A stretch of DNA of 64,000 bases from Patescibacteria group bacterium (GCA_038062835.1 JBBTWH010000001.1:42982-106981), one strand, 5' to 3'; counted from the first letter of the stretch, positions 1 through 7,750 are shown. Notes: generated by a model not told the origin, from the sequence alone. Made by a program: numbers and translations.

Positions 1-357
1 TCGTCGGAGTGGTACAACCGCATCATCGACACCGCGGACGTAGAGGCCGACTGGGATTGGACCCGGCCGCTCCGTCGCAAGGACAAGATCAAGAGCCGTA
101 CTATCGTCATCGGGCTGAACGGCGCCGCCGATCCCGAGAACGATCCGCCCGTCCCAGGCGAGGGCAGCTGCGTGCTGTTCCATCTCGAACGCAAAGGCCG
201 TCCGACCGTAGGCTGCACTTCGCTCGCCGAATCCCGCCTCGACTCGCTCGTCGCGTGGCTCGTCCCGAAGTCGAAGCCGGTCTACATCCTGATGACGCGC
301 GCGCAGTACGAGGAGCTTGCGTCGCTCGATGACGCGGACCTGCCCGAGCTTCCGTAA
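1..357 (+). CDS. L,D-transpeptidase (YkuD-like) family protein, 5'-truncated by window edge
   Basis: Frame 1 is open from base 1; GSCVLFHLERKGRPTVGC matches the catalytic His...Cys motif of the family. Confidence 0.7.
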   Translation, partial: SSEWYNRIIDTADVEADWDWTRPLRRKDKIKSRTIVIGLNGAADPENDPPVPGEGSCVLFHLERKGRPTVGCTSLAESRLDSLVAWLVPKSKPVYILMTRAQYEELASLDDADLPELP

Positions 358-431
358 ACGAAACGACCCCGACGTAACGTCGGGGCCGTTTTTTCACTCG
401 CCACGTCGGACGCACCGCGTCCTTTACGTGG

Positions 432-1109
432 TTACTTCTTTTTCTTGGCGGCGGCCTTCTTGGCCGGAGCCTTGGAGGCTTTCGCGGGCTTCTCGGCGAC
501 CACGGCCTTTTCGGCCTTCGGAGCGGCGGCCTTCTCGGCCTTCACCGGTTCCGCGGCGGACGTCTTCGCCGGAGCGGAGAGGTTCATCGCCTTGATGATC
601 ATGTCGAGCTTCGCGTTGATGGCGGCGAACTGCTCCTTGGAGCGGTCCTCGGCCGGGGCCGCGCGCTTGAACTCCTTATAGTCCGTCGCGCCGGCTTTCT
701 CGTTGCCGAAGCAGGCACGGCAGTACACCGGCTTGCTGCCGTTCGGCTTGAACGGCACTTCGCAGCCGTTTCCGCACGAGGCGCACGTCGCCTTGAAGAG
801 CTGCTTCTCCTCGCGATCGAACCCGCGGTCATCGCGGCGCGGCGCGGAGTCGCGGTCGAAGCGCATCGGCGCGGACGACGTATCTCCGTCCTTCTTGAAG
901 CACTCGCGGCAGTAGATCGGCCGGCTGCCGTTCGGCTTGAACGGCACTTCGCAGCCGTTTCCGCAGGTGGCGCAGGTGGCCTGATGCATCTGCGGGCGGT
1001 CGAACCCGCGGTCGTCGCGGCGATTGAAGCTTCCGCCTCCGCCGAACTTGCGGTCATTGCCGCCCTTCCATCCGCCCCCCTGGGGTCGGGTACCATTAGA
1101 CTTGTACAT
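432..1109 (-). CDS. Tandem CxxC-x17-CxxC zinc-ribbon domain protein with Lys/Ala-rich tail
   Basis: Two copies of ATCxxCGxxCEVPFKPNGS.P.YCRxCF; identical 42-bp DNA repeat at 735-776 and 924-965. Confidence 0.85.
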   Translation of the reverse strand: MYKSNGTRPQGGGWKGGNDRKFGGGGSFNRRDDRGFDRPQMHQATCATCGNGCEVPFKPNGSRPIYCRECFKKDGDTSSAPMRFDRDSAPRRDDRGFDREEKQLFKATCASCGNGCEVPFKPNGSKPVYCRACFGNEKAGATDYKEFKRAAPAEDRSKEQFAAINAKLDMIIKAMNLSAPAKTSAAEPVKAEKAAAPKAEKAVVAEKPAKASKAPAKKAAAKKKK

Positions 1110-1146
1110 TTTTTCCTTTATTTTGCCTCCTTATTGAAGACATCGC

Positions 1147-1175
1147 AGTATAGCCCAAATCCGGGAAAAATGCAA
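1147..1175 (-). promoter_or_regulatory. sigma70-type promoter of the CxxC-x17-CxxC gene
   Basis: TTGCAT-17 nt-TATACT on the minus strand. Confidence 0.6.
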
Positions 1176-1224
1176 GGGGGCTATGGTAGAATCGGGACAG
1201 ACGCCCTTTCCAAGGAGGAACGCC

Positions 1225-1569
1225 ATGGATGAGCCTCAGACGCCCATCACCCTGACCGATGCGGCGGCCGCGAAACTCATCGAGTTCCGCGACGCGGATG
1301 AGAAGACGCGCGGCAAGCCGCTCCGCCTCGCCGTCCAAGGCGGCGGGTGCGCCGGCTTCAACCAGGTGCTCTACTTCGACGATCCAAAGCCGGACATCGA
1401 CCAGGTCTTCGACATCAAGGGCCTCACCGTCCTCGTCGATTCGATGAGCCTGATGTACCTCGCGGGCACCGAGCTCGACTACGTCGACGGCCTGAACGGC
1501 ACTGGCTTCACGTTCAACAACCCGAACGTGAAGTCCACCTGCGGTTGCGGCAGCTCCTTCTCGCCATAG
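1225..1569 (+). CDS. A-type Fe-S carrier (HesB/IscA/ErpA family)
   Basis: GGGCAG and NPN...TCGCGSSF motifs; AAGGAGG before ATG 1225. Confidence 0.92.
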   Translation: MDEPQTPITLTDAAAAKLIEFRDADEKTRGKPLRLAVQGGGCAGFNQVLYFDDPKPDIDQVFDIKGLTVLVDSMSLMYLAGTELDYVDGLNGTGFTFNNPNVKSTCGCGSSFSP

Positions 1570-1650
1570 CGAAACCGCCACCTTACCAGTGGCGGTCTTT
1601 TCATCTGCCGAAAAAGTATCAGATACCTTAGTATCTGATACTTTCGTTTG

Positions 1651-2553
1651 TCATCGCTTTGCGCCCTTGCAGTCGGGGCAGTCCACCTCGCGCTTCGCCT
1701 TGTAGGTCTCCTCCTTCTTGCCGTGGCACATGCAGCAGGCGAACTGGCCGTTCTTGACGGCGTCGTTCGCCTCTCCCCAATCCCGTCCGGCTCCGATCTT
1801 CTTCGTTCCGCTGCCGCCGCAGAAATCGCACGGCGGCCAACCTTCGAGTTCTTGCTCGCTCTGCGGAGGATTGGGCATCGACATCTTCCCCGTGCCGCCG
1901 CAGTGATGGCAGGGGTCCGTCCCGCTGCCCTTGCAGTGCGTGCATTTGACGGTCGCCTCGTATTCCTGCTCGATCTTGCCGCTGCCGCCGCAGCGCGCGC
2001 ACGGCTTCTTTTCCTCCGCCTTCGTCCCGCCGCCGCAGCGGCCGCACTTCCCGCTCTTCTTTTCCCGCATCCGTTTCACCCACTCCCAAAGGCCGAGGAG
2101 GGCGAGCATCGTGCCGATGGTCCAGGCGGCTGTTTCGAGTATCGGCTGAAGCGAGTCCGGGGCGTATTCGGACGTCTCTTCAAGGAATTCCTGGGCGTTC
2201 TCGAGGGGGAACTCTTCCGGTTCCGCCGCCGCGCTCGCGTCAGGCATCGGGATGTTCGGCGTCGGCGGAGCCGAGGGTGCCGGGAAGGCCGACTGCTCGG
2301 ACGGCGCAGTCGCCGTGGACGTTTCCGGCTCCGCGGCCGTATCCGACGGTTCAGTCGCGCTGATGGCGGCCGGAGTCTCTGCGTTTTCCCTGCCGCAGCC
2401 CCAGTGGTCGCCGCCGGTCGGGATGCACATCACGCCGTACCCCGTCGGACATTCGAGCGCCGGCTTGGCCTGTTCGTCGCAATTAACGGCGGCGAAAGCC
2501 GTCCCCGGGAGGAGCGCGAGCGCGAAGGAAATCGAGACGAGGAATCTCTTCAT
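1651..2553 (-). CDS. Membrane protein with DnaJ-type CxxCxGxG zinc-finger repeats, no J-domain
   Basis: Signal peptide MKRFLVS...AFA, small Cys domain, Pro/Ala/Glu linker, TM helix, multiple CxxCxGxG; TATAAT 10 nt before ATG 2553. Confidence 0.7.
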   Translation of the reverse strand: MKRFLVSISFALALLPGTAFAAVNCDEQAKPALECPTGYGVMCIPTGGDHWGCGRENAETPAAISATEPSDTAAEPETSTATAPSEQSAFPAPSAPPTPNIPMPDASAAAEPEEFPLENAQEFLEETSEYAPDSLQPILETAAWTIGTMLALLGLWEWVKRMREKKSGKCGRCGGGTKAEEKKPCARCGGSGKIEQEYEATVKCTHCKGSGTDPCHHCGGTGKMSMPNPPQSEQELEGWPPCDFCGGSGTKKIGAGRDWGEANDAVKNGQFACCMCHGKKEETYKAKREVDCPDCKGAKR

Positions 2554-2628
2554 ATCAGAGGTCATTATATCAATATCAGCCGTTTCTGCTATACTGGAGG
2601 TGTTTAACTATATAGCGATACGCGAGGT

Positions 2629-2781
2629 ATGGAGAACCAGCCCGTGACCGTAAAGACGAGGACGAGCATCTCGACCAGGACGAAAGTCATCGTGGCCCTG
2701 GCGCTCATCACCGGGGCGGTCATCGCCTACGCCGTAGTGGTGGCGCGCGTTCCAGGCCGATCGATATCGATTCCGGCGTAG
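2629..2781 (+). CDS. Small hydrophobic protein, paralog 1 (50 aa, MENQPVTVKT...)
   Basis: Translated by hand; homologous to 2833-2997 and 3831-3989; GAGG before ATG. Confidence 0.7.
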   Translation: MENQPVTVKTRTSISTRTKVIVALALITGAVIAYAVVVARVPGRSISIPA

Positions 2782-2832
2782 GACTGCCTTAGACGGGACT
2801 GTAAGTATCTAACCGAAGAATCACCGCAAGGT

Positions 2833-2997
2833 ATGGAGAACCAGCCCGTGGTCACGAAGACGAAAACGCGCGTCGCGACGCGAACGAAAGTCATCGTCGC
2901 TTTGGCGCTGCTCGCCGCGGCCGTCGTCGCCTACGCCGTCGCCAGCACGGTGAGCCTGAAAGCGCGACGCCCAGGAGATTGGAGCGTCCGCGGCTGA
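2833..2997 (+). CDS. Small hydrophobic protein, paralog 2 (54 aa, MENQPVVTKT...)
   Basis: Translated by hand; homologous to the other two copies; followed by a terminator hairpin. Confidence 0.7.
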   Translation: MENQPVVTKTKTRVATRTKVIVALALLAAAVVAYAVASTVSLKARRPGDWSVRG

Positions 2998-3016
2998 CGT
3001 CCGCGCTCCAAGAACG

Positions 3017-3045
3017 GAAAACCCGCCGGTGCTCGGCGGGTTTTC
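3017..3045. terminator. Bidirectional intrinsic terminator
   Basis: GAAAACCCGCCG-gtgct-CGGCGGGTTTTC between convergent genes. Confidence 0.75.
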
Positions 3046-3056
3046 TTCGTTAGACT

Positions 3057-3383
3057 TCAGCCGCGCATCGCCAGGACGACGAAGAGCAGGACCGTGAAGG
3101 CCGCGAGCTGGCCGATGGTGCAGACGACCATCATGACGCCCTCGCGCTTCTTGCCGTCGATATAGAGCATGAGCGGCTTGCCGAAGATGAGCATGCACAT
3201 CGTCGCGGCGGACGTCACGAGCAGCAAAAGGAATCCGACGGGGGCGAGGGCGCTATCCGGCTTACCGTCCCCATCGCCGAAGATCCTCTCGATGTTCTGC
3301 ATGACCGTCCCCACGGCCGCGACATAGAGGATTGCGCCGGCGGAATAGGGCAGGCTTCGCTTGAAGGTCTTCATGTCGAGCAT
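3057..3383 (-). CDS. Hypothetical 3-TM membrane protein
   Basis: 108-aa ORF with three hydrophobic segments and genome-typical codon use. Confidence 0.7.
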   Translation of the reverse strand: MLDMKTFKRSLPYSAGAILYVAAVGTVMQNIERIFGDGDGKPDSALAPVGFLLLLVTSAATMCMLIFGKPLMLYIDGKKREGVMMVVCTIGQLAAFTVLLFVVLAMRG

Positions 3384-3413
3384 AGGTCTCGGTTATCGGT
3401 GAATCATGAGGGA

Positions 3414-3731
3414 CTATTTCTTCCGCTTTCCCGATCGCCTGGCGAGCACTCCTCTCACTGAAGGACTGATCGCCTTGTCCGCGCGATGGATGCAGCCGAT
3501 CCAGCAGCAAGGCCGGCGCTTCCCCTCCTTGAGCTGATCGACCATCCGCTCGATATGTTCCTTCCTCGTCTCGTCTTTCTTGACGAAGGTGACCCAGCAG
3601 ATCCACTCGTTACGTGCGAGTGGCGTCAGATCCTCCCAGACTCCCGCCGCCGCCCTATCGGAGACGAGAGCCTTTAGCATGTCCGAAGGCATCGTATGCG
3701 CGGAGCCGCTGGAGATCGTCTTTTTGGGCAT
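3414..3731 (-). CDS. YdeI/OmpD-associated family protein
   Basis: P.D...AL...W..LTPLARNEWICWV...KK.ETR...I pattern. Confidence 0.8.
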   Translation of the reverse strand: MPKKTISSGSAHTMPSDMLKALVSDRAAAGVWEDLTPLARNEWICWVTFVKKDETRKEHIERMVDQLKEGKRRPCCWIGCIHRADKAISPSVRGVLARRSGKRKK

Positions 3732-3830
3732 AAGTCGAATTTACATCACGGAAAGCGAGATGCGCAAAGTATACCAATTTCAACCTATTACGCTATACTG
3801 AAGGTGGCTAATCAAAGAATCATCGTCAGC

Positions 3831-3989
3831 ATGGAGAATCAGCCCTTCGCGGTAAAAACGAAGACGCGCATCTCGACCAAGACGAAGGTCGTCGTCGCCC
3901 TGGCGCTCATCACCGGGGCCGTCATCGCCTACGCCGTCGCGGTCGAGATCAAGGCGCGGCGACCCGGAGATTGGTCCATCAGCTCCTGA
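3831..3989 (+). CDS. Small hydrophobic protein, paralog 3 (52 aa, MENQPFAVKT...)
   Basis: Homologous to paralogs 1 and 2; shares upstream CTATACTGRAGGTG with paralog 1. Confidence 0.7.
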   Translation: MENQPFAVKTKTRISTKTKVVVALALITGAVIAYAVAVEIKARRPGDWSISS

Positions 3990-4023
3990 ACAGACCGTGC
4001 AGATACCGCGACGTATTCATCAC

Positions 4024-4071
4024 AAAAGCCAGCCATGGGAATGGCTGGCTTTTGATCAGACGCGTGGGTCG
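4024..4071. repeat. Hairpin-containing repeat, copy 1 (copy 2 at 6113-6160)
   Basis: AAAAGCCAGCCA-loop-TGGCTGGCTTTTGA...CGTGGGTCG present in both copies. Confidence 0.7.
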
Positions 4072-4077
4072 TCAGGT

Positions 4078-4106
4078 TTGACGGATCGACCGCTCCGATG
4101 TATCTT
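4078..4106 (+). promoter_or_regulatory. sigma70-type promoter
   Basis: TTGACG-17 nt-TATCTT upstream of ORF 4168. Confidence 0.55.
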
Positions 4107-4167
4107 CTAGCCGCAGTCGGAACTATACGCACGACGGTCGGGGTACGTCCCCCGGTAAGGAGGATAC

Positions 4168-4515
4168 ATGAATCCTTGGGATAACCCGGAAAACTTTTTT
4201 CAGGGGGAATACCTTGGGCTTAAGCGCCGGTACTACGAGGGGCTCAACCTGCGGTTCGAGACGCCGCCGCCGGATGATCGCATGGAATACGGAGTCCGGT
4301 ACGTCATCGAGATCGGCTCTCGATTGCCGGTCGTGAAACCGGTGAATGGAATCGTCTACGCGGAATTCGTCCCTGTCCGATTCCGTGTCCGATTACATGG
4401 AACGTGTCCGAATGAATGGGTCGATGACTGTTATCATAAGGAGGGTCATCCTGAAACAGTCGGAGAATCAACCATCGACTTCCCGGTCAAGATGTTGCCG
4501 CCGCAGAAACGATGA
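4168..4515 (+). CDS. Hypothetical protein
   Basis: 115-aa ORF with AGGAGG RBS and upstream promoter. Confidence 0.6.
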   Translation: MNPWDNPENFFQGEYLGLKRRYYEGLNLRFETPPPDDRMEYGVRYVIEIGSRLPVVKPVNGIVYAEFVPVRFRVRLHGTCPNEWVDDCYHKEGHPETVGESTIDFPVKMLPPQKR

Positions 4516-4547
4516 ATCCGCGCCCGCACCGCCACAAGGAGCAAAAC

Positions 4548-4826
4548 ATGGCAACGGATGGACCAACGCCCCCTGACTGCGACCAAGACATCTACGAGAA
4601 CGGTGAACATGTATTCACCACTGACACCATCCCACCGAACGCAATGGATGGTTGGGTGAAGAAGGTCGCCAAGCTCTCCGGTCAGCGCGTCGATTGGCAC
4701 TTCGTCGGAGGGCGCGCTGTGGTCCGCGCCCTCGGTGATATCACCAAGATCAAGAAGGCGATCGCGAAGCTCATGCCAGAGCACGACCGTCTGCACCTCG
4801 ATGCTTGCCGAAAAATACGGCCTTGA
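4548..4826 (+). CDS. Hypothetical protein
   Basis: AAGGAG RBS before ATG 4548; protein-like composition. Confidence 0.6.
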   Translation: MATDGPTPPDCDQDIYENGEHVFTTDTIPPNAMDGWVKKVAKLSGQRVDWHFVGGRAVVRALGDITKIKKAIAKLMPEHDRLHLDACRKIRP

Positions 4827-5186
4827 GTCATAGAGTGTTGCCTCGCAACAACTCCTCGCGCACCCGCACGGTAAAGAGCACGCTCGCTCATGCCGTTCTG
4901 GTGCGCTCTTTGTTTTCGTCCGACCTGCTGCCATCCCTTAGTTCGGTACCTGGCACCTGTGGTAAGGACCAGGCGCGGTTCCAGGGAAAACACGATGCTG
5001 TGAATCGGTACCTGGTACCAAAGGGACAGGTATCCGCCGGTGCCGCCATCCTCATGGAGAAGGCGTTCCTCGCGCTGCTCGCGCGCACCGTGACTTCAGA
5101 CCGCACACCGGCGACTTCGCCGGTTTTTTCGATCGGACGTTCACGTCGCTTTTACGAAGGCGGCACATGAAGTATGATGATCGTCA

Positions 5187-5630
5187 ATGACGACTCACGC
5201 CATGAAACGCCAACGCCTAGTCTGGACGGATGATAAGAACACCGGGGTCCCTGAGATCGACGGACAGCACGAATCTTTTTATGGGATCGCCAACGCGCTC
5301 TCAGACTTCGCCGAACATCCGGTCATCGACAAGAACGGAGTCCGGCAGGCTTGGGAGAAACTGGTCGATCATATCTATAAACATTTCGAGGAGGAAGAGG
5401 GCCTGCTCAAGCGCCGAGGCTACCCGAAACTGAAGGAGCACCTCGCCGAGCACGACAAGTACAGGGAGCAGATCAAGAAGTTTTTCTTCAGGCTCCACAA
5501 CAGCACGACGAACCTGGACTCTCGCCAGCAAGCGGAGGCGATCGCAGATTTCGCGAACGAGTGGGCCGTGAAGCACACGCTCGCAGCGAAACAAGAGGCA
5601 ATCATCTTTCTCAAGAAGGATCGACAGTAG
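5187..5630 (+). CDS. Hemerythrin family protein
   Basis: TGVPEIDGQH, HF..EE, YP...EH..EH and W...H motifs; the terminal Asp ligand appears substituted. Confidence 0.85.
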   Translation: MTTHAMKRQRLVWTDDKNTGVPEIDGQHESFYGIANALSDFAEHPVIDKNGVRQAWEKLVDHIYKHFEEEEGLLKRRGYPKLKEHLAEHDKYREQIKKFFFRLHNSTTNLDSRQQAEAIADFANEWAVKHTLAAKQEAIIFLKKDRQ

Positions 5631-5640
5631 TGGTTCCGAT

Positions 5641-6099
5641 ATGGCACACCCCCAGACGACTCCACCCTTCGAGTTCTCAAAGATCAGCGAGAACGTATTT
5701 ATCGGCACAAATGCGTGCTGCCGTCTGCACTTCGACGAGACCCTGACCGCGCAGGGCGTCACTGCGGACATCTCGCTCGAAGGAGAGGCCATCGATCATC
5801 CGCAGGGCGTACGCACGTTCGTCTGGCTGCCAACGCCGGACCACGCCCCGCCATCGTATGAAAACGTCCTCGTAGGCATCGCGGCTCTCAAGCAGATGCT
5901 GAAGAATGGACAGAAGGTCTATATCCACTGCAAGAACGGCCATGGTCGCGCCCCCACCTTGTATGCCGCGTACCTCATCCTTGAGGGCAGCCTGTCACCA
6001 GAGGCAGCGGTTCAAGCCATCAAGAAACGCCGTTCGGTCATCCATCTCGAAGACGGTCAAACAGCGTTCCTTCAACGACTGTCTGCGCACAAAGCGTAG
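5641..6099 (+). CDS. Dual-specificity protein phosphatase family
   Basis: HCKNGHGRA = HCx5R catalytic motif; PTPD acid loop. Confidence 0.88.
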   Translation: MAHPQTTPPFEFSKISENVFIGTNACCRLHFDETLTAQGVTADISLEGEAIDHPQGVRTFVWLPTPDHAPPSYENVLVGIAALKQMLKNGQKVYIHCKNGHGRAPTLYAAYLILEGSLSPEAAVQAIKKRRSVIHLEDGQTAFLQRLSAHKA

Positions 6100-6112
6100 C
6101 GTTATGAGACTT

Positions 6113-6160
6113 AAAAGCCAGCCAATTTCTTGGCTGGCTTTTGACCAAGCACGTGGGTCG
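6113..6160. repeat. Hairpin-containing repeat, copy 2
   Basis: Near-identical to 4024-4071 apart from the loop. Confidence 0.7.
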
Positions 6161-6278
6161 CCCCACACGCTTGCTCATGGCTCCGCGTCGTGGAGGACGT
6201 GAGAACTGCTATTATGCTGCACCCTGGACTGGTGTCTATCCCAGCCATGCGCTGACGGCCCCGGCTGGTGACACGACA

Positions 6279-6986
6279 TTAGACGATCTTTCGAAGCTCG
6301 TTCTTAAAATCCTCAACTGTCCACTCCATCATCTTTTTACCGTTTTCTTTAGTTATTACCCACCTGGGGTGATTATCGGCAATGCCGTCCGCACTAAAAT
6401 CTTTGAGGTGGTTGGTGCCGAATGGATTCTCAACGAAGAATTTCGGATAGTCATCAGGCGGGACGTCTGCCAACGACTCGTGTGAAGCGAGCATCATGGA
6501 AATCTCCACGTTACCGGCATGCGCATCGGTCGGTCCACCGATCATCCGACGCATTTTCTCTTCAGTCTCATCTGATCCTATCGGGAGGTGGACGATACGA
6601 ACATCGCCGAACACAGATGCATGGTCGACAACAAAGGCATCGAGCAGCGCAAGATTCCCTCCATGGAATGAGGCAAATGCGATTGTCTTGGCGTATGGCT
6701 TTAGGGAGTTGCAGATGTCGCTTAAGACACGGTTCATCGTTTCTGCGGTTACCCAAACTGTCCCCGGAAAACCCTCATGCTCCTCTGAGCAGGTAATGCG
6801 GAGTGTCGGCAAGAAAATAACCTCTGGGTACGCGGCCTCAGCCTCCTCCATGATAGCGTCGGCAAGATACGAATCTGCTCCTAACGCAAGAAACGGTCCG
6901 TGTTGCTCCGTAGCCCCCATAGGAACAACGAATGCGTACTTTTTATTGAGATCCAGGTTTGTGGTCCGTAAGCGTTCGAGAAACAT
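6279..6986 (-). CDS. Creatininase/creatinine amidohydrolase family protein
   Basis: GATEQHGP, H.GFPGT, HGGN and HAG..E.S motifs. Confidence 0.88.
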   Translation of the reverse strand: MFLERLRTTNLDLNKKYAFVVPMGATEQHGPFLALGADSYLADAIMEEAEAAYPEVIFLPTLRITCSEEHEGFPGTVWVTAETMNRVLSDICNSLKPYAKTIAFASFHGGNLALLDAFVVDHASVFGDVRIVHLPIGSDETEEKMRRMIGGPTDAHAGNVEISMMLASHESLADVPPDDYPKFFVENPFGTNHLKDFSADGIADNHPRWVITKENGKKMMEWTVEDFKNELRKIV

Positions 6987-7030
6987 ATGGTGACAGTCTA
7001 TCAGTTCCCCTTCCCACCTGGGTATAGCAA

Positions 7031-7056
7031 AAATACCCAGAATTTACTGGGTATCT
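7031..7056 (-). terminator. Terminator after tRNA-Asn
   Basis: ATACCCAG/CTGGGTAT stem followed by a T-run on the minus strand. Confidence 0.65.
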
Positions 7057-7101
7057 TTGCTGGCTCCGAGGCTGGGATTCGAACCCAGGACCAATGGATT
7101 A

Positions 7102-7647
7102 CAGTGCTGGCGACTGGACTATGTCATCCCCCTTTCGGGGGTCGGGGGCTTCCGCCGAAGCGCGTGCTTCGGAGTACTCTCTTGCGAGATAGTCTCTACA
7201 CCCTCCCCACTCCGCTCTTGCGAGCTTCGCGGGGCTCGGCTCGGCGTTGGTCGGACCGACGTTCGCCGAATTCACCCGATTTTTTCACCTCCGGCATCGC
7301 CGGAGCGTGCTGCCTGATGGACTTCGGCATGACAGTTCGCGCAGAGCAAGGCGCACTTATCGAGCTCGGATCGAATCCGTGCCCATGAGCGCGTCGTGCC
7401 GTCCGCGGAAATACTGAAGTCCTTATGTGCCGGTTCAAGATGATGGAACGTCAGCGCAGCTTCGCATGAAGCGTAACCACAACGTTCGCACGCACCTCCT
7501 TTGTAGGTGAGCGCCATCCGCTTGAGCATCTTTCGTCGCCGATCGACGTGATATTTGCTCTTGCATCTGACGCCGCAGAACCGGCGCCCTGCACCCGCCT
7601 GTCGAAGGCATGTCTTCCATGCGCATCGTCCGGCGGGACCAGCTTTG
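7102..7647 (-). mobile_element. Group I self-splicing intron in the tRNA-Asn anticodon (between positions 35 and 36)
   Basis: Follows exon U and ends in G; P1 with a U.G pair at the splice site; core motifs P AATTCGGCGAA, Q AACGCCGAGC, R GTAGAGACTA, S GACATAGTCC in the correct order. Confidence 0.9.
7272..7529 (-). CDS. Intron-encoded HNH endonuclease (putative homing endonuclease); start uncertain
   Basis: CERCGY...LTFHH...KC.LLCANCHAEVH; 7529 is the first in-frame ATG inside the intron. Confidence 0.8.
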   Translation of the reverse strand: MLKRMALTYKGGACERCGYASCEAALTFHHLEPAHKDFSISADGTTRSWARIRSELDKCALLCANCHAEVHQAARSGDAGGEKIG

Positions 7648-7721
7648 ACAGTCCACTGCTCTACCGCTGAGCTACCTCGGAACGAACGAATTCCTGTCAG
7701 GGCGGTTTCCTGAACGGGCAT

Positions 7722-7750
7722 ACTATACACAGGCTCAAAAGTTTCATCAA
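7722..7750 (-). promoter_or_regulatory. sigma70 promoter of tRNA-Asn
   Basis: TTGATG-17 nt-TATAGT, 40 nt upstream of the tRNA 5' end. Confidence 0.7.

Larger units (their letters stand above)
7061..7681 (-). tRNA. tRNA-Asn(GUU), intron-containing; exons 7681-7648 and 7101-7061
   Basis: Spliced product TCCGAGG TA GCTC AGCGGTA GAGC A GTGGA CTGT|TAA TCCAT TGGTC CTGGG TTCGAAT CCCAG CCTCGGA G CCA is a canonical 75-nt cloverleaf with G73. Confidence 0.92.

Noticed and set aside
2629-3989. CRISPR array or non-coding repeat explanation for the repeated segments
   Set aside because: No regular repeat-spacer period; differences are largely synonymous, indicating paralogous coding genes. No CRISPR array or cas gene seen in the window
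4805-5170. 121-aa ORF
   Set aside because: Non-ATG start overlapping the previous gene, runs through a hairpin and short palindromic repeats, not protein-like
7648-7681. tRNA-Asp(GUC) call from the unspliced 5' half
   Set aside because: The C after GU is the first intron base; splicing at U|...G gives GUU with a 7-nt loop and a paired anticodon stem
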